Source of the DNA: Mayamaea pseudoterrestris
Lineage: Eukaryota
Reading direction: 5' to 3'
DNA: 64,000 bases
NCBI GenBank assembly: GCA_027923505.1
Contig: BROI01000022.1
Span: 372,001-436,000 of the forward strand
Shown in pieces: positions 23,475-33,975 of the stretch (the first letter of the stretch is position 1; the number at the start of each line of letters is the position of its first letter). The position numbers were made by a program, and so were the translations under genes. The notes under the pieces are model-generated. The model did no database searches. It worked only from the letters and a program-made list of their open reading frames with translations, and had not been told where the DNA came from.

Positions 23475-25334
23475 TCACTTATCGGCCGAATTTGAGGGTA
23501 AGGAAGGGCGAAGGGCCAAGTATGCAGCTAGCCCGAAAAAGGGAACATACTTTGCGACACCTGCAAATGGCGCACTGCGACTCATGCCCCGGCGAATCAG
23601 GTCATCGTTAACGAGCCACCCCTGAAAGAGCCCAAATATGATCAAATCGACGATGAAGCTGGAGCCGACGCGGTCAATGGACATGAGGTCAAGAAAGGTC
23701 GACCATCGCTCCGACATGACTCCAAAATCTGCCATGCGACCAAAGACGAACCACGCGATTGAACCAGTACCAACGAGACCCATGGATACGCCCAGCAACG
23801 GGCTCTCGCATACTCGCGCGACTGTGCCAACGTCATCTTTGGATAACTCTGCGCGAGTTTCCGTCGATCGAGTGGCAAGATAGGGGAGCAGAAACGCGCT
23901 GGTCAAGAGTTGCATGCCTGCGACGGCGGGAAGCATTGGAAAAAGGTTTGGCTTGTCGCGTCTATCATCACTCAAAAAGCCAGCAAACATGGCCGCCCAT
24001 GCCAGCAGCAAGTTGAAGACACCCTCAAGCATGGGATGAACCACGGGGCTAAACGGAAGGTGGAGCAATGGCGCCACAAGAAAAAAGTTGAGCGAAAGAT
24101 TGATCACTTCCTCCCACGTTCGTTGCTCCAGAACGAGTGCGTTGGCACCGGGAAGAATGCCGTCGGAGAAGAATACAATATACATGTAGGCGATCCATGT
24201 TGCAATCGGAAGGAGCCGCACTGGCTCGGTTTGAATCTTGCGTTTCATCGAGTCAATGAACAAGGAGATGCCACCAGGTTTGACGGGTCCAGGCGTTACA
24301 AAGTCAATGCCGTTCTCAATCTTGTTTGATTTGTCAAGCTTGTAAATGGAACACCCTTGTGTAAACGGCAGCTCTTGCCCATTATTTTCAACGTGCCATT
24401 TCACAGCGACGGAACGTTTACTGGAAACCAAATCGTCGACAATGAACGCAAAGGAGGAAGGAAAAGCCTTGGCGACGAGGAGCAAATGGTTTCGAAGCTT
24501 TTCCTTTCCACGAAATGGCGCCTCGAATGCCGTATCATCGTATACTGCATCGTCAGAAAAGAGGTTTATGGCTGCCTCCATGTCGCGCCTGTTCCAAGCC
24601 TCAAAGTATATTTCCGGTGGAGTCAAAGCAGCTGTTTTCATGTTGACATCGACGGCATTGACATTTTGCTCTGACGATTTGTTGGAGGATTTCGACAACC
24701 CAATCACGTTGCTGGCCAGCGCCAGCGTCCGCAAGCTCGCCTCACCGCCCTTGCTGCTTCCTTCCATGACCCAGTCAACCGTCTCAATTCGAGTCATTTC
24801 TTCGTTTAGTGTCATAAAGGCACATCCTCGCAGTTGCTGTTGATTGTCGTCGTGGCGGAACGAAAAGGCAAGCTTGCGGGTGGCATCGTCAATGACAATC
24901 GACGCTTCGTCAACCACCAGTCTTGGCCAAACGTTTGCCTCACTCTGCAAACGAAACCGCCTTGCCACGTCCAACTTGCTGCGACAAACTTGATGGTAGC
25001 TGTAATCGTTCCAAACGGCGTCGTCGGTGAAAAAATCGAGTAGTTGGTCGATATTAAATGTTTGAGTGGCGGCATTATCGTTCCAGCGAGCGACAAAATC
25101 TTGCAGGAACCTTGACGATTGACTATTGCGGGTGACGAAAGGCTTTGCGTTTAACGCCGGAAATAGCTGATCCAGAAAGGATGCTGCCGAGAGAACGGGC
25201 TCGTCTCGAGGCCGAGAAAGTGGCTGCCTAATTGTCGTTGCTGGCCGAGTGGTGAATGCCGACACGAATGGTTGGACGCAGCAGCATGATGCCGCTAGGA
25301 CCAGAGGAGCAACACTGCGAATCTTGTTCGTCAT
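23475..25334 (-). CDS. Plastid-targeted protein with two SnoaL/NTF2-like domains and a C-terminal multi-pass membrane region
   Basis: 'VSAF' presequence motif. Repeated NTF2-like starts 'FVARWN..LLDFFTDDAVWND' and 'YFEAWNRRDMEAAINLFSDDAVYDD'. Several hydrophobic helices, ending 'VPFFGLAAYLALRP'. Confidence 0.8.
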   Translation of the reverse strand: MTNKIRSVAPLVLAASCCCVQPFVSAFTTRPATTIRQPLSRPRDEPVLSAASFLDQLFPALNAKPFVTRNSQSSRFLQDFVARWNDNAATQTFNIDQLLDFFTDDAVWNDYSYHQVCRSKLDVARRFRLQSEANVWPRLVVDEASIVIDDATRKLAFSFRHDDNQQQLRGCAFMTLNEEMTRIETVDWVMEGSSKGGEASLRTLALASNVIGLSKSSNKSSEQNVNAVDVNMKTAALTPPEIYFEAWNRRDMEAAINLFSDDAVYDDTAFEAPFRGKEKLRNHLLLVAKAFPSSFAFIVDDLVSSKRSVAVKWHVENNGQELPFTQGCSIYKLDKSNKIENGIDFVTPGPVKPGGISLFIDSMKRKIQTEPVRLLPIATWIAYMYIVFFSDGILPGANALVLEQRTWEEVINLSLNFFLVAPLLHLPFSPVVHPMLEGVFNLLLAWAAMFAGFLSDDRRDKPNLFPMLPAVAGMQLLTSAFLLPYLATRSTETRAELSKDDVGTVARVCESPLLGVSMGLVGTGSIAWFVFGRMADFGVMSERWSTFLDLMSIDRVGSSFIVDLIIFGLFQGWLVNDDLIRRGMSRSAPFAGVAKYVPFFGLAAYLALRPSLPSNSADK

Positions 25335-25944
25335 GCTTTTTCAAATCTCATTACAGATACAGTTCTTGCCTCTCAGCGGAAGGAGGAGCCGCGAGACTGC
25401 GTCATGTTATCATGGTCGTCGTCAGTCGTCTGATTCATCGTCGCCAACTTTGTGATCGTGCGAACGAGCGAGCGCGTCCGTTTTCGGAAAATCATCATGA
25501 AAAGTGCGTCATGTGTGACTCGGAGTCAGATTTGAAATGGTTGAGCCAATGAGATTGCCGGAAACGCATGACGCGACCCTTCACGGCAGATGGAAGCTCC
25601 TATGACTCAACAGTGACATGGGCGAACAGCGCAGCAGGTATAATGTCGACGAAAGCGAACGCCGGCTGACTCCGCGGAACAAGGAGAGAAGGTGCTCTGA
25701 AGCAGAAGGCTCATTATCACCAATATCGATTGCCATCGAAACACTACTTGACACCGAATCACTGCATGCCAAAAAAGAGCAACAACAATGCCGATCGTCC
25801 TCTCCAACAAGAACTTTCCAAAGGTAAAGAGTAGCATGGAGAATCTTCGAAGAGAACCAAAAGGAAGACTCGACGACAAGCAATTGAGGTAGTACTCACC
25901 AATGCCGACGCTCATTATTTTCATTAAAAACTCGACAGACTGAC

Positions 25945-26787
25945 ATGTCCATGGTCATCAAGAACCAGCATCAAAAAAAGTGGCAGTCACCGCAGCTGTC
26001 ATGCGACTCGGATACGTGCGCCTCCAGCTCCTGCGGCAGCAGCGATGACAGCAGCATCACCAACAATGATACTCCTGTGCGAGAGTCACGCGCCGTGCGA
26101 CGCAATCGCATGTGGCGCGAGCGCAAGACCAAGGCGGCCGCATCTAGTAGCAGCAAGCACTTGCAGATGCACGAAAAGACGGTGCCACTGCACTTACAGT
26201 CACGCATCTACGCCATGGACTGCGAAATGGTGGGGGTTGGCACGGACGGACTCGACTCGTGCTTGGCGCGCGCCACAGTCATTGACTACGACGGAAACGT
26301 TGTCTACGACCAGTTTGTGCAACCGTCGCAACACGTGACAGACTATCGCACCCACGTGAGTGGCATTCGCGAGCAAGACTTATGCGGTGCCATTGATTTG
26401 GAAACGTGTCGAGCCCAAGTCATGGAGCTGCTGCAGGATCACATACTAGTTGGTCACGCGTTAAAGAACGACTTGCAGGCACTCGGCATGACACACTCTT
26501 GGCAAGAAATGCGCGACACGGCAAAGTACGAGCCCCTAATGAAGCGTCGAAGCGAGCACAATCAAACACTATGGCCGCGCAAGCTGCGCGACTTGGCGCT
26601 GGAGCACTTGAAGTACGATATTCAGTTGCCCGGCAAGCCGCATTCGCCCTACGAGGATGCATTGGCGGCTTTAGATTTGTACAAGAAACATTGGCGCAAG
26701 TGGGAAAAGGTCATGGATTACAAGATTCAGCGGACCAATGAAATTGTCAAGTCGTCAGCGGCTATGGAAAACGCAGCAGTCCAGTAA
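25945..26787 (+). CDS. REX4: REX4/ISG20-type DEDDh 3'-5' RNA exonuclease
   Basis: Motifs 'AMDCEMVG', 'LVGHALKNDLQAL', 'RDTA' and 'HSPYEDA'. Confidence 0.9.
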   Translation: MSMVIKNQHQKKWQSPQLSCDSDTCASSSCGSSDDSSITNNDTPVRESRAVRRNRMWRERKTKAAASSSSKHLQMHEKTVPLHLQSRIYAMDCEMVGVGTDGLDSCLARATVIDYDGNVVYDQFVQPSQHVTDYRTHVSGIREQDLCGAIDLETCRAQVMELLQDHILVGHALKNDLQALGMTHSWQEMRDTAKYEPLMKRRSEHNQTLWPRKLRDLALEHLKYDIQLPGKPHSPYEDALAALDLYKKHWRKWEKVMDYKIQRTNEIVKSSAAMENAAVQ

Positions 26788-26873
26788 TGTGATTAACTGT
26801 AAGCCATGAAAATAACATTTATTTTCATGGCTTTTATCCAAATATACTTAAAACTTAATGTATATTTACTCTT

Positions 26874-28268
26874 CTATGCTGCTCCTTCCTTTAGTTTGTA
26901 CAAGACGAATGCTCCCACCCGTTCCACCGGTGTCGTCGTCACAAAGGAGCAATCTGACGAATCATCGTAAAGATCGATTGGAACGCACTTGCCGCGCAGA
27001 TTATAGCAGTCGCGCAATATGCGGAACAGTAGCGGTCGTCGATTCGAAAGTCGGGTGGCTTGCAGCAACAGCTCAACGTCGTTTGCCAGTGGTAGCGCAC
27101 CAGCATCCAGGTCGGCGTTGATGCGAGCCATGGCGTCGCGAGGAGTTGATCCAGTAGGGCGTTGCAGATTTTTAAGCATCAGTTTATTTGATTCGTGTTT
27201 GGCAGCAACAGACGCATTTTCGTTTGAGCTACTCGCCTTTTCTTCCTGGTTTAGCAGACGCGTTTGATACCGCAATTTCGCCTGCGCGGCTCGCTCTTGT
27301 CGCTTTTGCGCCTGCATATCGGGAGAGGATGCCATGAGTGACCTACGCGAAGGTACTTGGTCTTCATTTGTCAATGGCAACTCTTGGCTACCCTCCTTTC
27401 GCTGTGCCGCCCGCTTTTTTCGCGTCGCTGATATTCTTCTTCTTGATGTTACGTATATTCGTATTGCCTCGGCAATCTCTTCCTCTGTCATGGCGCTCAC
27501 TAGCGGGTTCGCCAAGAACGATTCTGGTTTCAGTGCTCGAACCTTGTCCTCCATGCGCTTGACTTGATTGGCGCGTTGCTGCTGTTTTATTTTCAGCAAA
27601 CGATCACCACCCCATCGCTGCTCGTACCACTTTTGTCGAAACGCAGGGTTCGACCATTTTTGCTTGGCTGCTTCGGATCGACGCAACCGCGTTCCACTGG
27701 GTCCGCCGTTCCAAGTTGTTTGAAAGCCGTCAAAGGCAAAAGACTTTACTGGGTTGCGTTTGCTGCTGCCTGAGCCTGTCGCCACTGCGCTGTCTTCTTC
27801 ACTTTGAGCGCTAGCAGCTGACTGTCGAACGTCATCAAGACCACTGTCTTTCACGACGAAAGCTGTCATTCCGTATAATCCATGTTGCGTGGCTTGCGTT
27901 CGAAGCTCCTTGCGCGCCTCCCACTCGTACCATTCGCCGAGTTTGTTCTTGCGCTGAAGATATGCTCGACAGGCCAGCAAGGCTTCCGCTTCCGAAACTG
28001 ATTCAATGTCCACTTCTTCCTCATGCTCGTCAATGCTGTTGATTGAGTTGGAGCTGTCAATATGATCGTTCATGTTGAGCGACTTGGCGTTCAAGCGCCC
28101 AAGGTTGGTGACGGAGGAGAATGGTGGTGTTGTTGACGCTGCTCGTCGCCGTGTTGCACCACGAAACGTGGAAAAATCAGCAGCAGTATTGAATGCATGA
28201 AGTCCCCAGATTTGACAAACGGAACATGCCAACGGCATTAGAGGCGCGAATCGTCGATGTTTCGTCAT
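26874..28268 (-). CDS. Hypothetical basic protein with a probable plastid presequence
   Basis: Long ORF with a presequence ending 'LHAF'. Basic helix 'SEAAKQKWSNPAFRQKW' and a compact C-terminal domain 'LFRILRDCYNLRGKCVP'. Confidence 0.7.
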   Translation of the reverse strand: MTKHRRFAPLMPLACSVCQIWGLHAFNTAADFSTFRGATRRRAASTTPPFSSVTNLGRLNAKSLNMNDHIDSSNSINSIDEHEEEVDIESVSEAEALLACRAYLQRKNKLGEWYEWEARKELRTQATQHGLYGMTAFVVKDSGLDDVRQSAASAQSEEDSAVATGSGSSKRNPVKSFAFDGFQTTWNGGPSGTRLRRSEAAKQKWSNPAFRQKWYEQRWGGDRLLKIKQQQRANQVKRMEDKVRALKPESFLANPLVSAMTEEEIAEAIRIYVTSRRRISATRKKRAAQRKEGSQELPLTNEDQVPSRRSLMASSPDMQAQKRQERAAQAKLRYQTRLLNQEEKASSSNENASVAAKHESNKLMLKNLQRPTGSTPRDAMARINADLDAGALPLANDVELLLQATRLSNRRPLLFRILRDCYNLRGKCVPIDLYDDSSDCSFVTTTPVERVGAFVLYKLKEGAA

Positions 28269-28707
28269 TCTTGCCAATCTTGCTATCTTCTGCGACGAGC
28301 TTGTCGGTTCTGGTTGAGAGCAGACACTTCAGTCTGATCGCTAGCGAATCACTGTATTCTTTGCTGGATGAATTTTTCAAGTAGTTGCGTGGTCTTTAAA
28401 GACAAGAGAGCTTGGCTATTTGACGAATATAACCAAGTAAGTCGGCACTGATTTGGAACGTTTTTCAAATGATCAAATCGATCGGTCGAACCAAGAAACG
28501 GATGTCGTATCGGTTTATTAAATCGTAGCGGTACTGAAAGATGTCGCAACCGCGCCAGGCCGCGCGATGCGCGAAGCGCGAACAAGATCCGCCATCACGT
28601 TGACCCCTCTCGATCACCCAGAAGTTGCAACAAAGTCAAGCAACAGAACCTTTTTTTAGTATACCGGTACTCCAAGGCTACTGCTGACTACTGCTATATA
28701 TACAGCT

Positions 28708-30171
28708 ATGGAAGACTTGCTCGACTCGCCAAATCCTCCGGGTCGCAAACTCGTGTCATCGTCGTTTGATGATCATGATGAAGTGCAAGATGCCTTTGCT
28801 TCCGTCGCAGCGTTGACACCGCAACAATTTGCTCCCAGTCGAACATTTTCAGTTGCCAGCACTCGTAGCGACGACGAAGACGATGATGATTTTGATGATG
28901 ACGCTAGTACGCCCAAGGACTTGAGCAAGTGTACACTCAAGCAACTCGCCAGCTTGGCATGCAAGCGCATTGAAATTGGAACCGCCGTCATGCCCAAGCC
29001 CCTCTTTGAGCCCGATCCGGAAGACTACAATGGCAGCGAGGAGCTTCGCGACGCTGCCTTTAGCACAAAGTCAACCTACTATGCTCGCATTTTGGAGCAA
29101 GAGTTCAACGCCGTTGTGGTGGAGCATCACTGCAAGTGGGCGCCGCTCTGCGTTTCGGAACCCGGTCCACTCGTTGGAGGGACTCCCAGTGAGCGACTGG
29201 GGCGTTACGATTTTCATCACAGTGACTCGATTGTGGATTGGGCGCTGGAGCGCAACATGAGTGTCAAGGGTCATGTGCTAGTGTGGGCAGCCTCGTCGCC
29301 GGTCAATTTACTAAAGGCAATGGAACCCAATCAAGTTGCCAAGGTTTTGAAGGAGCATATATTCACCGTCATGGGACACTATCGGGGACGTATTGTCGTT
29401 TGGGATGTGGTGAACGAGCCACTGGCGCCGGATGGGACGCTTGCCGAAAATGTCTTCTTTCAGAAACTCGGTAGTGAGTACGTTGAAATGGCATTTCGCT
29501 GGGCGCACGAGGCGGATCCGAATGCAACGCTGATTTTGAATGAAAACAAGGCGGAAGGGATTGGGACGGCCAAAGCTGATGCCTTTTACGAGCTATGTGC
29601 CGACCTGAAAGCCAAGGGTGTTCCGTTTCACGGCGTGGGACTACAGGCTCACTTTAACGCGGCAGGCACGGGGCGGCATCGTCCACCAACACCGCGCATG
29701 GTCAAGCAACAAATTCGCCGTCTTGGCAAGCTTGGTCTCTCGGTTAATATTTCGGAAATGGATGTTCGTGTGAGTCAGTTACCAGCCGAACTACGTGAGC
29801 AAGCCCAAAAGCAAGTTTATCATGACATTATTGCGGCGGCTCTTTCAGAACCAGCTTGCAGCTCAATATGGCTATGGGGATTCTCAGATCGTCACTCATG
29901 GGTGCATAACTTTTACTATGACGACGAGCCGCTCATATTTGACGAAAGTTTTGCTCGAAAGGAGTCATACTTTGGTGTTCGCGATGCCTTGCTAAGTCTT
30001 GTACCGAGCGGAACGGTGGGAGGCAGAGGCAACGTATTACTTGACTCGGACTTTGACGCTGATGGAAACCCATGGGGACATGCTTGGTACCAGCCGGAGC
30101 CGGAAGGAATCATATCTGATAGTATTGGCGGGCAGGCCGGAGATAGTCGTCCTGATTGGGAGCAAGAGTGA
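28708..30171 (+). CDS. Glycoside hydrolase family 10 (endo-1,4-beta-xylanase-like), no signal peptide
   Basis: Motifs 'KGHVLVW', 'WDVVNEP' (acid/base Glu), 'GVGLQAH', 'ISEMDV' (nucleophile) and 'WGFSD..SW'. Confidence 0.92.
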   Translation: MEDLLDSPNPPGRKLVSSSFDDHDEVQDAFASVAALTPQQFAPSRTFSVASTRSDDEDDDDFDDDASTPKDLSKCTLKQLASLACKRIEIGTAVMPKPLFEPDPEDYNGSEELRDAAFSTKSTYYARILEQEFNAVVVEHHCKWAPLCVSEPGPLVGGTPSERLGRYDFHHSDSIVDWALERNMSVKGHVLVWAASSPVNLLKAMEPNQVAKVLKEHIFTVMGHYRGRIVVWDVVNEPLAPDGTLAENVFFQKLGSEYVEMAFRWAHEADPNATLILNENKAEGIGTAKADAFYELCADLKAKGVPFHGVGLQAHFNAAGTGRHRPPTPRMVKQQIRRLGKLGLSVNISEMDVRVSQLPAELREQAQKQVYHDIIAAALSEPACSSIWLWGFSDRHSWVHNFYYDDEPLIFDESFARKESYFGVRDALLSLVPSGTVGGRGNVLLDSDFDADGNPWGHAWYQPEPEGIISDSIGGQAGDSRPDWEQE

Positions 30172-30471
30172 AAGCGACATGTGGATGACTAACCGTAATA
30201 CCGTAGACATGAGAGACACCACTTGCGACTGCTGCCCGCTCCAGATGGCAATGCGCCAAGCTAATATCTCTATTGTTTCATTCACTCTGGTCCAATTGTT
30301 TTGTCATTTGTAGCTCTGTGGCCCTACCATGCTGCGGTGAGGCTCAGCACATTCTACAACTTATGGATGTGCGACTAAGCATATCAGGCTGGCTGCTAGC
30401 AACCTAGCGTGAATAAATCAAATCATAATTACGACCATTGCAATATATGGCTTTTTTATCAAACCTTCACA

Positions 30472-31641
30472 TTAAACCTGCATACGCATGGCCCGGTCAA
30501 TGCTCACCAACCGCTTGCCTCGCTTAAGTGCAATCTCCTCCAACGACTCGTGCGTCATGAGCGCCTTGTAAGTGGCGCGTACAACATTGTAGGGGTTGCG
30601 ATTCCCATGAGCCTTGGAAACGGCATTGACAATGCCAAACCGCTTCAAAATCTCCGCCACGAGAGGATTGCCTCGAAGTCCATTGTCCGTCGCCCGAATC
30701 TTGACAATGCACGAATTGTGTTTACCCGCCAAATCTCGCGTAATGCCATTGTTTTGGTAGCGATCGACAAAGAAAATGTTGCGCTTGCAGTGGCGGGCCG
30801 CCAAGTCCACCGCTCTCAACGGATCCTTGGACTTGCCGAAGCCAAAACCGCCGCATCCGTTCATGTTTCCGCCAACGACGAGCGCGCGGTAACTCTCCAA
30901 CCGACCACCCCGCCATAACTTAATGTTGCGATCAACCTTGACAAGCATTTCGCTCCATTCGCCGTGCGCCAATTGATTGCGATGCAAGATTGTTTCAGGA
31001 TCATCGTCATGGTCGTCCTGATCGTCTTCCAACTGCGACATGAAGGACGGTCTGGTTGGTTTCGATGCAAACTCGGTATCATCCAAGTCAAGATTCTTGA
31101 TGCTTTCCCTGGCAATGTTTTCTTCCAAAATACCAACCAAGTCGTCCTCCTCGTCAATGCCAGCAAGTGCGCGTCGCTCACCCACCAAGTCTTCCGTTGA
31201 GCCTTGTTCCGCCAGAATGTAATCGGCCATGCGCAGCTGCTCGTCCATGAGCTGTCCCGTCGAAAGTGGTGTCACTTGCTGCAACTGCTCCTGGAACTCG
31301 CGAATCACGTCAGATGCAAGCGGACCAAATACGTCAATGTTTCGTTCCTTGTTGTTGCCGTCTTGTAGCGTGATAAATTTTTGTGGATTACCGGGACTCC
31401 AGTCAGTTACCTTTTTGTTCTTTTTCGGCTGAATGGGACGGTATGACTGTGAAGGACGGCGACGAGGCCGAAAGGAATTGCTGCTGCCATCGGATGCACT
31501 TGATGTCGAGCCTTTGGACTTGGCCGACTTGTCGCCATTTCCAGTGGCCAAGAAACGACGAGAAACGAGACTAATGTCATGATTGATTGATGTACATGCT
31601 CGATGGTAAAGACCTTGACGAATGAGAGACGCAGACATCAT
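30472..31641 (-). CDS. MRPS5: Mitochondrial ribosomal protein uS5m
   Basis: S5 motifs 'VDRNIKLWRGGR..SYRALVVGGNMNGCGGFGFGK' and 'NPYNVVRATYKAL'. Arg/Ser-rich presequence 'SRRFLAT'. Confidence 0.9.
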   Translation of the reverse strand: MMSASLIRQGLYHRACTSINHDISLVSRRFLATGNGDKSAKSKGSTSSASDGSSNSFRPRRRPSQSYRPIQPKKNKKVTDWSPGNPQKFITLQDGNNKERNIDVFGPLASDVIREFQEQLQQVTPLSTGQLMDEQLRMADYILAEQGSTEDLVGERRALAGIDEEDDLVGILEENIARESIKNLDLDDTEFASKPTRPSFMSQLEDDQDDHDDDPETILHRNQLAHGEWSEMLVKVDRNIKLWRGGRLESYRALVVGGNMNGCGGFGFGKSKDPLRAVDLAARHCKRNIFFVDRYQNNGITRDLAGKHNSCIVKIRATDNGLRGNPLVAEILKRFGIVNAVSKAHGNRNPYNVVRATYKALMTHESLEEIALKRGKRLVSIDRAMRMQV

Positions 31642-31905
31642 TTTGGTGCGCAAATATTTGCGAGATGCTGGTTCTGTTCAAGTGTGAGGCCATGGTCGAC
31701 GCGTGACGACCCGTCGACCATCATGATAAGTATCAATGAATGACATAACATACTATTGCCTCCTTATGTAGCTTTCACTGGCGTGATATTTCATACTATT
31801 GCCTTACTGTTAATGACAAGTTTTCGTTGCGGCGATGGGCGACACCCGCCCGACCATGCGCTTTTGCATCATCCAGCGACCTCACAATCATTTTCAACGT
31901 CCACC

Positions 31906-33198
31906 ATGGCAGCGCATCATCCATCTTCCCTCTTAGCGGAATGCTTTACGGAGACTGATCGTCTTCGTAGCATGCTTGGACCAGACATTTCGCCTTCATT
32001 TTTCGAATTGGAATGCGAGTTCAAAGGTGACAGACAACGGCTGCTTCAGGCCGGGTCACTTTTGGATCTTGAGTCCTTCATAGACGCTGCCGTAGCCGTT
32101 TGGATGTCGCCAAGCGTCATGGTAATGACTAGCGATTGCCGTTTACGAGCATTACGCCATTTTAAGGGGTCGTTTCTGCCGGATCGGGTGGCCTGTACGA
32201 TGGTTATTACAACAACAATTCGTATGTCATCCAATTCCATCCACTCGCCTAGCTTTATGCTACATTGGGACGGACATGGCATTCTTAATGAGTCAATACA
32301 GTATGTCATGGAACTCTTCATGGCTATGACGCATAATCTCAATGTTGAGTTACTTTCAGTGTTCGCCGTTCACGAGATATTCTTAAAGACAGCTGCCGAA
32401 AAGTCTGGGGAAGTTATCGAACCATTTGATGCCATGGCGCTTGACGATTTCTTATCTCGACATAAAGAAACTTTGCTCACCGTCGATTTAACATCATGCT
32501 TGCTGAGCGACGCTTCCTGTCGGGTATTAGGAACTTTCTGCGGAGAAGTCAAGTTCTTTGACTGCGCTCTGGTAAATGTCGGCGCACTTGGCAGCTCAAT
32601 GGCAAACGGAGCTGGACCTAAACAAGTGGCAATCCACTTGAAGTCTACGCAGGAGCTTTCTTTGCTAGAAAACCTTCCAGTTAACAATCAAATTGAAAGC
32701 CTGGAGTTAGGGTACATTTACGAGCCTTCTGCAAATGAAGCTCAAGACGTGCCAGCACATGTTCCTTTGATTAAAAAATGCCGAGCATTGAAACGTCTAT
32801 CTTGGTTCTTTTTTGAAACTTCCTGCGAGGCATGGGATGTTTTGATGCAATCGCTACAGTCGCACTTATCGCTGACAACTTTTACTATCATGGACCAGGA
32901 ATGGGATGCAGTCAAGGATAGCAAGCGACGCACCATGAGTGTTGTGCAATGTCTACAAAAGAACCAATCCATTGAATCATTTAGCATGACCTGGTATGAC
33001 TTTGATATATGGGAAACTATGGTTGAGCCGCTGTTGCAGGTAAATGCGTTTCGCAAGCGCATGCGCTCCGTCATTGCCACACCGAACGAAAATCTCGGGC
33101 GAGCGAATCTTGGCAAAATTCTACACAAGGTGAAGCATAATCGGAACCTCATTCGATGTTGCTTGGAGGACAATTTTGATTTGCTCCTCACGTATTAA
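31906..33198 (+). CDS. Hypothetical RNI-like/leucine-rich-repeat protein of the type expanded in diatoms
   Basis: Intronless ORF with LRR-like spacing ('LLTVDLTSCLL', 'IESLELG', 'LKRLSW', 'LQKNQSIESF') and the tail 'VEPLLQVNAFR'. The start codon is uncertain. Confidence 0.6.
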   Translation: MAAHHPSSLLAECFTETDRLRSMLGPDISPSFFELECEFKGDRQRLLQAGSLLDLESFIDAAVAVWMSPSVMVMTSDCRLRALRHFKGSFLPDRVACTMVITTTIRMSSNSIHSPSFMLHWDGHGILNESIQYVMELFMAMTHNLNVELLSVFAVHEIFLKTAAEKSGEVIEPFDAMALDDFLSRHKETLLTVDLTSCLLSDASCRVLGTFCGEVKFFDCALVNVGALGSSMANGAGPKQVAIHLKSTQELSLLENLPVNNQIESLELGYIYEPSANEAQDVPAHVPLIKKCRALKRLSWFFFETSCEAWDVLMQSLQSHLSLTTFTIMDQEWDAVKDSKRRTMSVVQCLQKNQSIESFSMTWYDFDIWETMVEPLLQVNAFRKRMRSVIATPNENLGRANLGKILHKVKHNRNLIRCCLEDNFDLLLTY

Positions 33199-33975
33199 CA
33201 AAGATGCTCATACATTAAAGTACAATTTGCGACGTTTCTGGAGAGGCAGAGCAGAAGTCAACTTTCTTGGATACTAAGCTCATACCCTATGTATAATATA
33301 TATATAACGCATAAATGATGCAGTACCAGTACATCCTTCCATTTATATGGCCTTGCACTATGTATAAGTTAGAGTAGCTACGTTTGTTTTTGTATTGCTG
33401 GCGGCATGGAGACTTTGAGGAGTTGTTCTTCACACGGAAATTTTGCGTTGCATGCGCGACTCACGCAACGTCGGGAACTACGGCAAGTTGCCATTCTGAC
33501 GCACGATAGGTATGCGAAGCCATCAACATGAAGCCTGCATACAGCCTTGGATTTATGCTGCATGCAACATTGACATTGAAGGCGACTCTAACTTTAATTA
33601 TGCCTGGGACTTTCGCGGTCATTCTCATCGAGAGGTCCTGGAATCCCATTCACTTACTAGCGTGCGGTAAGTGTCCGTTTCCTTTTGACCAGTCAAACTG
33701 TCACAAACGCTAGAGAGTATCGAGCCTAACCCGCATGCACCGATAGGGACGCAGCAAAGCATGCGGATGAACGTCTCGTTGACAGGCTTGGTCACATCGA
33801 GTCCATACATAAGCAGAACAAGCGACGCCTAGCGTCTTGGAAGAGAGAACCAGGCGAATCTGTTCAGCGGCTTTTAGTCCATTCTCGAGTGGAAGCGCAA
33901 CAGAAGTTTTTGAGTATTACTTGACAACGATCGGCCGCCATCAAAGATACAAATTCGCTCGCGCGTTTAACCTTT

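Noticed and set aside
33200..33975. Intergenic gap inspected for tRNA, snRNA or riboswitch
   Set aside because: No cloverleaf, Sm site or aptamer consensus was recognisable by eye; a covariance-model scan would be needed to exclude one.
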